DNA of 64,000 bases from Octopus sinensis (taxonomy: Eukaryota), in NCBI RefSeq assembly GCF_006345805.1, contig NC_043009.1, positions 15,686,001 to 15,750,000 of the forward strand, given 5' to 3'. The translations under genes and the position numbers were made by a program. Positions 53,260 through 64,000 of this stretch are shown one piece after another. The notes under the pieces were generated by a model. It had not been told where the DNA came from and ran no database searches. It saw only the letters and a list, made by a program, of their open reading frames with translations. Numbering within the stretch: position 1 is the first letter of the stretch; every line of letters begins with the position of its first letter.

Positions 53260-54330
53260 ACACTTGATGGCCGCCTACTGTAGCGAGGAATTGGTGCACT
53301 TCCCTTCATATATGGGAAGAAGGGCGCTTAAGATTACCACATAGGTGTATATATCTGGTAGGTACTCGCGAGCATGGTAATCAATGAAAATGACAGTAAA
53401 ACTTTTGTGGAGTTGAAGAGATCAATGAGGGAGAACTGGACGGAAATCACATTGGAGGTGTTACTACATATAAAGCCAGAAGAAGATGGAGAAGATCTCT
53501 GTTCTCATCTCGCTGCCGCGCGGAACTGAGTTGAGAGTAATTATGGAGGGCAGACGTCCGAGATGCCATATCTGTGGCATAACAAATCATTTACAAGTGT
53601 TCTGTCCCCAAGATAAAAACAAGAGAGGAGAGGGGAGTGCCCGATCGCCGATGTAACAACTATTTCCCCAACAGCAGCATCTACAAGAAAATAATAAAAT
53701 GAGTGATGCAATATCAGCATCTCAAGGCAGAACTGTAGCGGCGGTTCCATCTGAGACGGTAAGACTGACAGCAACAGAAAAAGGATCAGCGTCAACAACA
53801 GCAGCAGTATTAACAGAAACAACAGCCCCAACATTCTTGCCACCACCATTACCACTGAAATGGCTGAGCACTTTAGCAGAGAGGACCACCCAGGGTTTTC
53901 CCCAACCCAACTCTCCATCTCCCTCTACGCTTACACGTACACACCCCACAAGCAAAAGCACCCATCAACCTGTATCGGGGACGGAGGACATAGACTCCGA
54001 GTCCTACACATCTCAAAGTGAATAGAAAAAAAATACAAAGCAATCAAAAAGGAAGTGCAGAAGAAAAACATCCGGATTCACAAGAACACAAACATCGGAC
54101 AAAACAAGAAATACGTCAAGCGGACAACAGCCCCTCCAGCTCAACAACTGGTTACACAACAAAAGCTATCACCACCAGCACAAACAACACCACCAGAAAC
54201 CCCATTGTCTCCCCCACCCAAGAAATCTTTCGGAAGAATTGTTATATTCTCAGACTCCGAATTTTGTAGCAAGAAAGTAAGGCATGCACATAAAGTGATG
54301 CCGAGTACAAATATACAAACCTAATATACT
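53260..54330 (+). pseudogene. Decayed LINE ORF1 (gag-like) with CCHC zinc knuckle
   Basis: RVIMEGRRPRCHICGITNHLQVFCP (C-x2-C-x4-H-x4-C at 53564-53605), followed by a T/S/P-rich low-complexity tail. Multiple stops and frameshifts. Confidence 0.65.
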
Positions 54331-54746
54331 CATCATCATGAATACCCGTCTGATAAGTGTGCACTGGGTGCATACATCTCAAACATATGTGAGCGACATG
54401 GTGATCTCATATCGAGATAAACAGCGAATGACCTTGAATTCGGGGCCCAGTTAGAATTTTATTCCGGCCAAGTAGCCCATTCCGCCTAAAAGTCCCTGAA
54501 TAAGGGTTGTTTAAGGAGCTAGCAGTATATTTAGCACGCCGGGAAAATACTTAGTGGGATTTGTCCGTCCTTGATTTCAAATGCAACCAGGGTCGACTTT
54601 GCCTGTCATCCTTTCAGAGTCAATAAACTAAGTACCAGTTGTGCATTGAGACCATTGTCATTTTCTCAACCCCTCCTCGTAAAAACACTCAGGCCTTGTG
54701 CCTATAGTAGATAGAGTTATTATTGCTATTATTATTATTATTATTA

Positions 54747-55283
54747 TTGAGTGAGAGAGCAGTGCATGACACAGGGGTAAAATATACGAAACCCAGTATA
54801 CCCATCATGATTACCTGTCTGATAAGGGTACACTAGGCATATGCATCACAACCATATGTGCGCGACATGGTGATCTCATATCAAGATAAACAGCACATGA
54901 CCTTGCAGGTGGGGCCCAGTTAGAATTTTGTTCTGGTCGAGTAGCCCATCCCGCTCCCTGAATAAGGGCTATTTAAGGATGTTGAACGAAACACCCATGT
55001 TTCCAAAGGTGAATTATTCAAACCCCAAAGAATCCCTCTCAACACATGGCTATGATGCTCCCCCACTACTTCTGCTCGTGATCAGAGATGCACATATCGT
55101 CAGCCACTAAGGGACATGCTCAACTGGTTAAGGTCAAACAACTGACAAGCAAATCTGTGGTATTGAGCAGAATATTTGCTGTAGCCCATCTATTATACCA
55201 AGACAAAACAATGTACATAATAACACTTGCAATCAGTTAAGATCAGAAGCCATGAGAGCCACTGCTTGGTACTGCATCAGGGC

Positions 55284-55349
<66 letters not shown>

Positions 55350-55422
55350 CATTATATTATTATTATTATTATCATTATTATTATTATTATTATTATTATC
55401 ATTATTATTATTATTATCATTA

Positions 55423-55481
<59 letters not shown>

Positions 55482-55490
55482 TATTATTAT
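54747..55490 (+). mobile_element. ~540-bp retroposed repeat with (TAT)n tail; partial second copy at ~54330-54520
   Basis: Shared blocks between the two copies (ctgataag, acatatgtg.gcgacatggtgatctcatatc.agataaacagc, ggggcccagttagaatttt, gtagcccat, ccctgaataaggg). Long 3' (TAT)n at 55288-55490. Confidence 0.7.
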
Positions 55491-55554
55491 ACTATTTGTT
55501 GCTGTTATTATTAATTCAGAAAATTGGGACTTAGCTTTTTAGATATGTACGTTC

Positions 55555-55678
55555 ATAGATAGACAGATAGACAGATAGAGAGACAGACAGACAGACAGAC
55601 AGCAGACAGACAGACAAGCAGACAGACAGACAAACAGACAGACAGACAAACAGACACAACAGATAGATAGATAGATAA

Positions 55679-55744
<66 letters not shown>

Positions 55745-55745
55745 G

Positions 55746-55833
<88 letters not shown>
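55555..55833. repeat. (GACA)n/(GATA)n microsatellite
   Basis: Direct inspection. Confidence 0.95.
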
Positions 55834-57004
55834 TGTTAAATATGTGATTGTATACATAGGATATTTTATGTAGCAAATCGCCCCAGCTTTCGTTTCTATT
55901 ATCTTTTTAGATTAAATGCTTGAAATCGTTTACTATCTATATCCGAAATATCTAAATATTATCGGATAGATTTCTTACAAACTGTCAGCTTCTGACGCCA
56001 TATTTTGATGTACCAAACCAGATGAAATAATCAGAGTCGGGAAGATGGAGAGAAAGAGTGAAAGGCGGCGTGGCTGGTGAGAGAGATGATATGCTTGTAA
56101 GTCATAGTAATCTTCTTGAATAAAATTCCATCAGAGATAGAGAGCAAGCAGAAATGTAGAAGATAGACTGAATCAAGGTATCCGACAAGATTAAACATTC
56201 GTTTTAGATCGACGGTGGGGTGAACAAATAACTTGCAAGTATTTGGAAATGGTATATTTATTATTTCTTCTTTGTTTTCATAATTTTCCACACTGCGATT
56301 TTCTATGACTTCCGTTTTCCTTATTCGACTTTTAAATATTATTTTATTTTCTCTGTCATATTTGATGAGGACAGTATAATTCAGAATTGATAGGATTGCA
56401 TATAATTCAGTACAGTATTTAGTTACGATATCCTACTTTCTATATCCATATTTTACTGGCCATTTTTAACACATTCCGTAGGATGATGCAGAGTTAGTTG
56501 ACTCGCCTGCTTGATAATTAATGAACAACAATGATAACAGCCTTTGTCATATACCTCTTAGCGTTCGATGTTTCTTCTGGCAATATAAATGTTTCACTCT
56601 TATTATGTTATATTGGATATTTTTAGAGGTTTCAGCAGATAAACTTGTAATTCTTTAACACAAGTCTACTAAGCCATATATTGTCACTTGCACTGGAATT
56701 AAACTTCATGCTTCCGTTGTTTTTGTTTTTGTTTCGTCACATCTGTCTACGACAATGTTCTTCGCTGTCTAATTGTTTTCTAGTGGGTGGAACAACTACA
56801 TACATCACCACTCGTTAGACTGCAATTAAAATACACCCACAAGACATTAGAATACTTGAATTAATATCAGCCTTTCTATTTCTCTCTGTTTGCACGCTTT
56901 ACACGCATTCAACTCTTCAATTGTGTTTGGAATAAAGAATAAACATTAGACATTTCTATCGTCCACAATATACCAACAAGCTGCCCAAATGTATCTGTTA
57001 TTCT

Positions 57005-57209
57005 TTTACCTTTTACTTGTTTCAGTCATTTGACTGCGGCCATGCTGTGACATCGCCTTGAAATTTTAGTTGAATGAATCGACCCCAGTACTTCTTTTAT
57101 AAGCCTGGCCCTTATTCTATCAGTTTCTTGTTGACGAAAGTTACAGGTGCGCACAAAACACCAACACCGGATGTGAAGCGGTGGTAGGGGGACAAACACT
57201 GACACAAAG

Positions 57210-57244
<35 letters not shown>

Positions 57245-57264
57245 CGCACGCACGCACACACACA

Positions 57265-57311
<47 letters not shown>

Positions 57312-57327
57312 GCACGCACACACACAA

Positions 57328-57365
<38 letters not shown>

Positions 57366-57498
57366 TCATACATATATATATCACAAGGCTTTGGTGGGCC
57401 CAAAGCTATAGCAGAAGACACTTGCCCATGGTGTCACGCAGTGGGACTAAACCCAGAACCGTGTGATAGAGAAGCAAAATTCTTACCACACAGCCACG
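57005..57498 (-). mobile_element. tRNA-derived SINE family A
   Basis: Minus-strand head cgtggctgtgtggtaag..gggtttagtcccactgcgtg, a long internal (TG)n, and a 3' end catggccgcagtcaaatgactgaaacaagtaaaaggtaaaag. Confidence 0.9.
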
Positions 57499-57541
57499 AA
57501 TGTGCCTACTGTCAGCAAATAATGATGATGATGATGATGAT

Positions 57542-57594
<53 letters not shown>

Positions 57595-60159
57595 TAATAA
57601 TAATAATATAATAATAATAATAATATAATAATAATAATAATAATAATGATAGATTTAAAATATTTTAAAATTCAAAATGTTTAAAATATTTAATTTTAAA
57701 ATATTTTGAAAATATAGTGGCTGTCTCAAAAGAATTACAAGAAATTTCGGGCCAAATGATTTAATTCGAAAAAGGAAAAGGTTTGCTTCACTTTCAAAAA
57801 CAAATAACCAAAACACGGTGTGGGGTAGAATGTGGTATATACTTTCGGTTATACACTTATGTCTTAATCTATGTGGCTAAAAGGTACAAGAGTGAAGATA
57901 AGAGAAAATATAAATGATAGGATTGGTTGCTGGTCGTCAACATCGTAACACAACACGGTCGTCTTAATATGGTTAGTGAGAGACAACAAATGGTCAGGTG
58001 GTGTCAGGTTGGTTTTGTATGTCGTAATGAAGCTGATGATGCCAAGGCCATTCAGGAGACCGGTTGAGAACTACGAGACAACATGTAGGAGGCTGATTGT
58101 GCAGAGAAAATGTTTGCTTCTTGCACATGGCGGAGTAAAAATAACTTCCGTTTTCTTTTTTCTGAGAAACTGTAAAGTCTAGCAAAGGAAGCAAGGAAAC
58201 AAGAAGACACCAACTGAGCTGGCAACAATTGCAGCAAGCCCCAACGTTTAAAGCAACATAAGACATAGTTGCGGAAACTGCAAGCAAGTTCCCTTGTAAC
58301 CATCCTATAAACAAGTGAGAAGTTATCAGGCCATACAATATGAGCAACTGGTAGAACATCTAGATTTTGGAGTGACGTGTAACGGAAAACCTTGCAAAGG
58401 AAAGAATATAAAGTATTAAGAGAAATGCAAAACTAACGGACAGACATTCACAAAAACGAAAATCCCAAAGCATGCGAAACGAAATAAGAGGCGTCAGAAT
58501 GAGCAGCTTGCTAAATATAAATCTTGCCCTACCCAGAGTAATGTGGATGTCGTGGAAAATGATTAAATGAAAACACCGTCGTTGGAAGGTCAAGACCAAT
58601 CAACGACTGTTGTGCCATGTAATATTACAATAATGAAAAAATAAGAGATTGGCCGTAGAGACTGGAATGAAGAGAGACGTGAGCAAAACGTTATTAGTAA
58701 AAGCAACACAATAATACTACAACGAACTGAAAGCAAGATTTACTATCTGCTGCAACCAACATAAACATGTTAACGGGTGCATTCAGGTACCATACGCAGC
58801 AGATCGATTAGTGGTAGACTATCAAGTTCATGGGAATCTTAATGTAAACTCACATTTTCTTATCGTATGGTACAGTACTCGTTATAAATTTATTTTATGT
58901 AACTATCTGTGAAATATAAACTTTCAATTTGTTCATTTATACAACTTCGCCCTCGTTTTTCATAATGATACTTAAACTGCTCTCTTTGAACTTCTTTTAG
59001 TTGGTGGCCAGATATTTCTGGTAGACAAGTGATTATAATATAGAGTTATAGAGAGTTCTCTATATGTTAATGGCATATCTTAACTTTCATGTTTCTTGCT
59101 TTATCATTTTGTATTTCTTTTTTATATTTTTGCGACTAGACATTGATGACATGAAGCTAAAGCCATATCTTTGTCTTTGATTTTGAGTCGTTCAGATATC
59201 CATTTGCGAGTTAGTGAATATACACAAAACTTCACACACAAAAGAAAACGTGTAATGCATTAAAAATAAAATCTTTCTATTGAATAAACATGCATGACGT
59301 TCGATGTAAGAAAGTAAAAATGTTGAGAAGGATGGAAAGGATGGAAAACCCAGTAAATTATAAAAGTTTGCCAGAAAAAAGTGTTCAGGAAATGAAGATG
59401 TGAAAATGAATATAACGAATGTGGTGTTCTTTAAAAGAGATGCTGAGTATTCCATGAAATACATTAAGGTGCCTAAGCAAGCAATTATTTCAAAATGATG
59501 CGAAAATTTACGTCTTGGTGATTTCATAAAGATGCGGTTCTAATACACAATTTTATGTAGAGTGGACAATGTTTGGTACTTTGTGTGTTATAAAAAAATA
59601 CAAGATAGATATGCGTTCATATTTTGGATAAAGCCGGCTATATATGCTGATACTATAAGTAAAGAGTTAGTGTCATTTACTTTCAAATGAAGAATCGTAA
59701 GCAATAATAAATCTCTGAACTAGGTATAAACAGTAACTGCACGACAATGAGAGGTAAATTTGCCATCTCAATATGGCTAACCACTAAGGGTGAGTGTTAC
59801 TGTAGCTTGTAGCCCCAGGAGAACATCGTCTCCAGCTGGCTTTAGGCACACTTTCTCTGCCATTAAGATATTTGAAGAATTGTAGTTGTATTCAAAACTG
59901 TTTAATAGCCCCAACGCACTGCAGAGATGCTATTATCGCAAATCAGGTTATTTTCAGATGATAAAATATTCTTATGAATAAAAATCAAAATTAGGCTCAA
60001 GCATGGTTGTAAGGTAAGAAGCTCATTCGGTGACCAAGAAGTTGTGGTTTCAGTCCTACTGCGCTACACCTTACTTTGTCGGTCAATCTGGTAGAGTTAA
60101 TATGTGTGGAAGCTCGTCATATGAGTGTGTGTACATATATGTACGTGTACATATATGTG

Positions 60160-60209
<50 letters not shown>

Positions 60210-60281
60210 CCCATATACATGTGTGATGTATTGTATATATGTACGTATATATATATATGTATGTATATATATATATATATA

Positions 60282-60461
60282 GGCGCACGTGTGGCTGTGT
60301 GGTAAGTAGCTTGTTTACCAACCACATGGTTCCGGGTTCAGTCCCACTGCGTGGCACCTTGGGCAAGTGTATTCTACTATAGCCTCGGGTAAACCAAAGC
60401 CTTGTGAGTGGATTTGGTAGACGGAAACTGAAAGACGCCTGTCGCATATATGTATATATAC

Positions 60462-60504
<43 letters not shown>

Positions 60505-60688
60505 TGTGTTTGTCCCCCTAGCATTGCTTGACAACTGATGCTGGTGTATTTATGTCCCCGTTACCTAGCGGTTAGGCAAAAGAAATCGATAGAATAAGTA
60601 CTGGGCTTACAAAGAATAAGTCCCGGGGTGCTCCAGCATGGCCGCAGTCAAATGTCTGAAACAAGAAAAACAGTAAAAGAGTAAAAGA

Positions 60689-60690
<2 letters not shown>
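60282..60690 (+). mobile_element. tRNA-derived SINE family A, near full length
   Basis: ggcgcacgtgtggctgtgtggtaagtagc..ccgggttcagtcccactgcgtggcaccttgggcaag..gagtaaaagag. Confidence 0.93.
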
Positions 60691-60723
<33 letters not shown>

Positions 60724-60724
<1 letters not shown>

Positions 60725-62011
60725 GAGGGGCGTTCAATAAGTAATGCCTCTGACCCACTTGCAGTTGTTTGATCTAGCTGAAATTTTGCATGTGCAATTA
60801 TTGATATCTCTATAGATTAAGTGGTAAATTACAGCTGTGAACTAATTGTGGTATCTGATTTACAGATGTTTGAACTGAGTCAAGTGTGACACGGAGCCTG
60901 TTGAGTGTCGAGCAGTGATGCGGTTTTTATATTTGAAAGGACGCATACCACGGGAGACTTTTGATGAAATAAAAGTAACTTATGGTGATGCTGCCCCATC
61001 ATATGACCTCGTAAAACGCTGGCATCGTGAATTCAAACATGGTCGGAACTTTGTGGAAACAGCTCCCAGATCTGGTCGCCCCTTCTGCCATTGATGAGGC
61101 ATCTGTCCGTCAAGTTGAGGCTGCCATTTTGGAAGATCGACGCATAATTATTCGCCAAATAGCCCATGAGGTCAAGATTAGTACCGGGTCTGTGAAGACT
61201 ATCATTCATGACCATTTGCATATGCAAAAGGTGTCTGCCAGATGGATTCCCAGGTTGCTCACACCTTTCCAGAAGCAAGAACGCGTCGATTGCGCGAGGA
61301 TGAATTTGAAGATGTGCCAAGAAGATGAGTCAACATTTTTCAAAAGACTGATTACACAGGATGAAACCTGGGTCCATCACTATGATCCAGAGACCAAGGC
61401 CCAGTCAATGCAGTGGAAGCACCGTGACTCACCTCCTCCAAAGAAGGCAATGGTGCAACCCTCCGCTGGCAAGGTTATGCTCACAGTCTTCTGGGACCAG
61501 GACGGAGTAGTGATGACAGATTTCCTGGCAAAGGGTGTCACAATAACAGGAGTCTATTATGCTTCACTTTTGAGGAAATTAAGAGAAGCTATCAAAATCA
61601 AGAGGCGGGGCAAGATCAGCAAAGGCATCCTCCTCCTGCAGGACAACGCTCCGATCCACAACTCGCGTGTCGCCAGATCAGAAGCACAGGCGTGCGACTA
61701 TGAACTCATCCCCCATCCCCCTACTCTCCTGACCTGCACCCTCTGATTTTCACCTCTTCCCAGCCATGAAGTTGTTTTTGAAAGGAAAGCGTTTCCAAGA
61801 TGATGCAGCCTTGATTTCTGAAGTCACGTCGTGGTTGGAGGACCAAGCTGGGGTCTTCTACAAAAACGGCCTTCAGAGCTGCATCAAACGATGGGAGAAA
61901 TGCGTAACTCTGGGTGGTTCCTATGTTAAAAAAGACTAATAACTGTGCCAAGTTTCGTTGCTCTACTGCTATGGGAAGAGGGTCAGGGGCATTACTTATT
62001 GAACGCCCCTC

Positions 62012-62012
<1 letters not shown>
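60724..62012 (+). mobile_element. mariner DNA transposon, full length (irritans-like)
   Basis: 33-bp TIRs cgaggggcgttcaataagtaatgc(c/t)cctgaccc with 1 mismatch (60724-60756, 61980-62012). TA flanks; 1289 bp. Confidence 0.97.
60891..61939 (+). pseudogene. mariner transposase (DD34D), disrupted
   Basis: RSGRP, WIPRLL, ITQDETWVHHYDPE, KVMLTVFWD, LLQDNAPIH, YSPDLAPSDF (34 residues between D and D). Apparent ATG>ACG at 60891 and three 1-nt frameshifts (~61080, ~61720, ~61735). Confidence 0.97.
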
Positions 62013-62063
<51 letters not shown>

Positions 62064-62067
<4 letters not shown>

Positions 62068-64000
62068 GTTGTTTGTCTTGTGCTCTGTTTTTCCGTTGTT
62101 AAAAAAGTCCGTTTTCATGTTTTTATGTTTTCGTTTCTCGTTGAGTTCTACGTTTATTTGTGGTGTCCTCTCCTGTAAGGAATTCCAGACGCGAGTTGAT
62201 GTCCACAGCTTTGTGCGCCGTGTCCGGTTGGGTGCGCATTACCACGACTCACCACCCACACCCAACGAAGAGGACTGCTTCACTGGCCTGGGCCGCCGAC
62301 CATCCCTGTGGACGCCTGCCCCTGGCCAGATCCTAGCAGTGGATCTTTTCGCGGGCGCTTGTCAGCGTGCATTGGAGCGGTTCAACTTCTCCAGGCGCCA
62401 ACACCACCTCAACATCTCCCCGGCTGAGCTCTTGGCTCTTCGTTCCCTCCAACGGCGCGCTGACATTATCATCAAACCGGCTGACAAGGGTGGAGCTGTA
62501 GTGGTGTGGCGCGCGGACCTCTATAGGGCCGAGGCTTTCCGCCAACTCAATGACACCTCCTTCTATTCCCCTCTGCCCTCTTACCCCACAAGTAGCTACC
62601 AACAGACGGTATCCTCTACTGTCCGCGACCTCATCTCGTCCTCCCGTCTCCCCCGCACCGCATCCAACCTAATTGTGCGAACCCCACGTACCCCCACCAT
62701 TTACTTCCTCCCCCAAATCCACAAACCCAACAACCCTGGCCGCCCCATCGTCTCCGCCTGTAACTGCCCCACGGAGCTCATTTCTAAATACCTCGACGGT
62801 GTCCTTGCCCCCCTAGTGGCATCTCTTCCCTCCCACATCCACGATACCAACCATGCTCTCCGGCTTTTCAACTCTTTCTCCTTTCCTCCCGGCTCCTCCA
62901 AAATCCTTTTTACTATGGACATCCAAAGCCTCTATACTGTTATCCCTCACCACGAAGGACTGCAGGCCCTTCGACACTTTCTTGACCTCCGCTCTAACCC
63001 TGTACCTGACACCTCCACACTCATTCGTCTGGCCGAACTTGTCCTTACTCTGAACTGCTTCTCGTTCGCGGGCGAGTTCTACCATCAGGTCTCGGGAGTG
63101 GCCATGGAAACGCGAATAGGCCCCAACTATGCGAACCTATTCGTTGGCTATGTTGAGGCCCAAATATTCTCTAATTTCACTGGTCCCACTCCTGAACTAT
63201 ATGGTTGTTACATTGACGACATTATCGGTGCCACCTCACTCTCCCGTGAACATCTAGATTCCTTCCTCTCTTTCATCCAATCTTTCCATCCAGCCCTCCA
63301 CTTCACTTCCACTATCTCCAACACCTCTGTCTCCTTCCTCAACATTTCGGTTAGCATTCTTCACTCCACTCTTACCAACTCCATTCACTACAAACACACA
63401 GACTCACACTCATACCTCAACTTCTCTTCCTCCCACCCAGAACACACCAAGCTTTCCATCCCCTATTCCCAATTCCTCCGTCTACGTAGGCTCTGTAGTG
63501 ACGACCATGACTTTGAGACTCAGTCTCAACGTATGGCTCACCACTTCACCCTACGTGGATACCCCCTCACCACTATCCACACCGCCCTTGCCAGAGCACG
63601 GTCCGTGGACCGTGTATCTGCTCTCTCTCCCCGAACCCGCCCTGTAGTCTCCCGCCTCCCTTTTCCCCTCACTTACCACCCCACGACCCTACGTCTCCAA
63701 CGCACCATTCTTCAAGCTTTCCGTCATCTCCAGTCCGACCCGTCCACTTCACACCTCTTCCCTAACCGACCCCTCCCCTCTTTCAAACGAGCCCACAACC
63801 TTCGAGACCTTTTGGTCCATAGCTCCTTCCCTGACCCTACCTCTCAACCCGGCTCGTTCCCCTGCTCCCGCCCACGTTGCCGCACTTGCCCTTACCTCTC
63901 CAACACCACCCTCCTCACTAGCACCCACCATCGACCCTATCCCATCATCCACTCCTTCACCTGCACCTCCAGCAATATTATCTATTGCGTCTCTTGCTCT
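62064..64000 (+). mobile_element. Penelope-like retroelement (5'-truncated, runs off window)
   Basis: A ~105-bp non-coding pLTR-like piece after (TA)n, then the RT open frame. Confidence 0.92.
62177..64000 (+). CDS. PLE reverse transcriptase-thumb-Cys linker-start of GIY-YIG; 608 codons without a stop, no start codon seen
   Basis: Hand translation: IIIKPADKGGAVVVW, TIYFLPQIHKPNNPGRPIVS, LFTMDIQSLYTVIPH, GVAMETRIGPNYANLFV, YGCYIDDI, YLNFSSSHP..SIPYSQFLRLRRLCS, PCSRPRCRTC, FTCTSSNIIYCVSC. Absent from the ORF track because it has no stop inside the window. Confidence 0.93.

Noticed and set aside
57960-58320. Cys-containing stretch reminiscent of a piggyBac C-terminus
   Set aside because: The motif cannot be assembled without several frameshifts, and there is no TTAA/TIR evidence.

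Overview
AT-rich, microsatellite-dense eukaryotic DNA. The SINE families and repeat landscape look like an Octopus (coleoid cephalopod) genome; this is inference from recognising the repeats, not a database hit. No host protein-coding gene can be supported, and almost all ORFs in the supplied track are translations of (TA)n/(CA)n/(TACA)n/(TAA)n tracts. Real coding relics are all transposon-derived: a Tc1 (DD34E, long IR/DR-type TIRs, 47496-49091), a mariner (DD34D, 60724-62012), a Penelope-like element (PLE) whose RT-thumb-Cys-linker frame is open for 608 codons to the window edge (62177-64000), two R4/Dong-type RLE LINE fragments beside (TAA)n, further PLE scraps, a CCHC gag-like ORF1 relic and a possible hATm-like N-terminus. 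There are also many tRNA-derived SINEs, non-autonomous Helitrons, a MITE and a fold-back insertion. The main unexpected result comes from a hand scan for the hammerhead core: 7 type I hammerhead ribozyme motifs with intact catalytic cores plus 3 degenerate ones, each in a different non-coding repeat. Most have a palindromic helix III, and three sit in partial-tandem units of 326, 559 and 643 nt. This is the architecture of PLE pseudo-LTRs and non-LTR retrozymes (circular-RNA retroelements), and it suggests a dense, diverse ribozyme-retroelement system mobilised by PLE reverse transcriptase.
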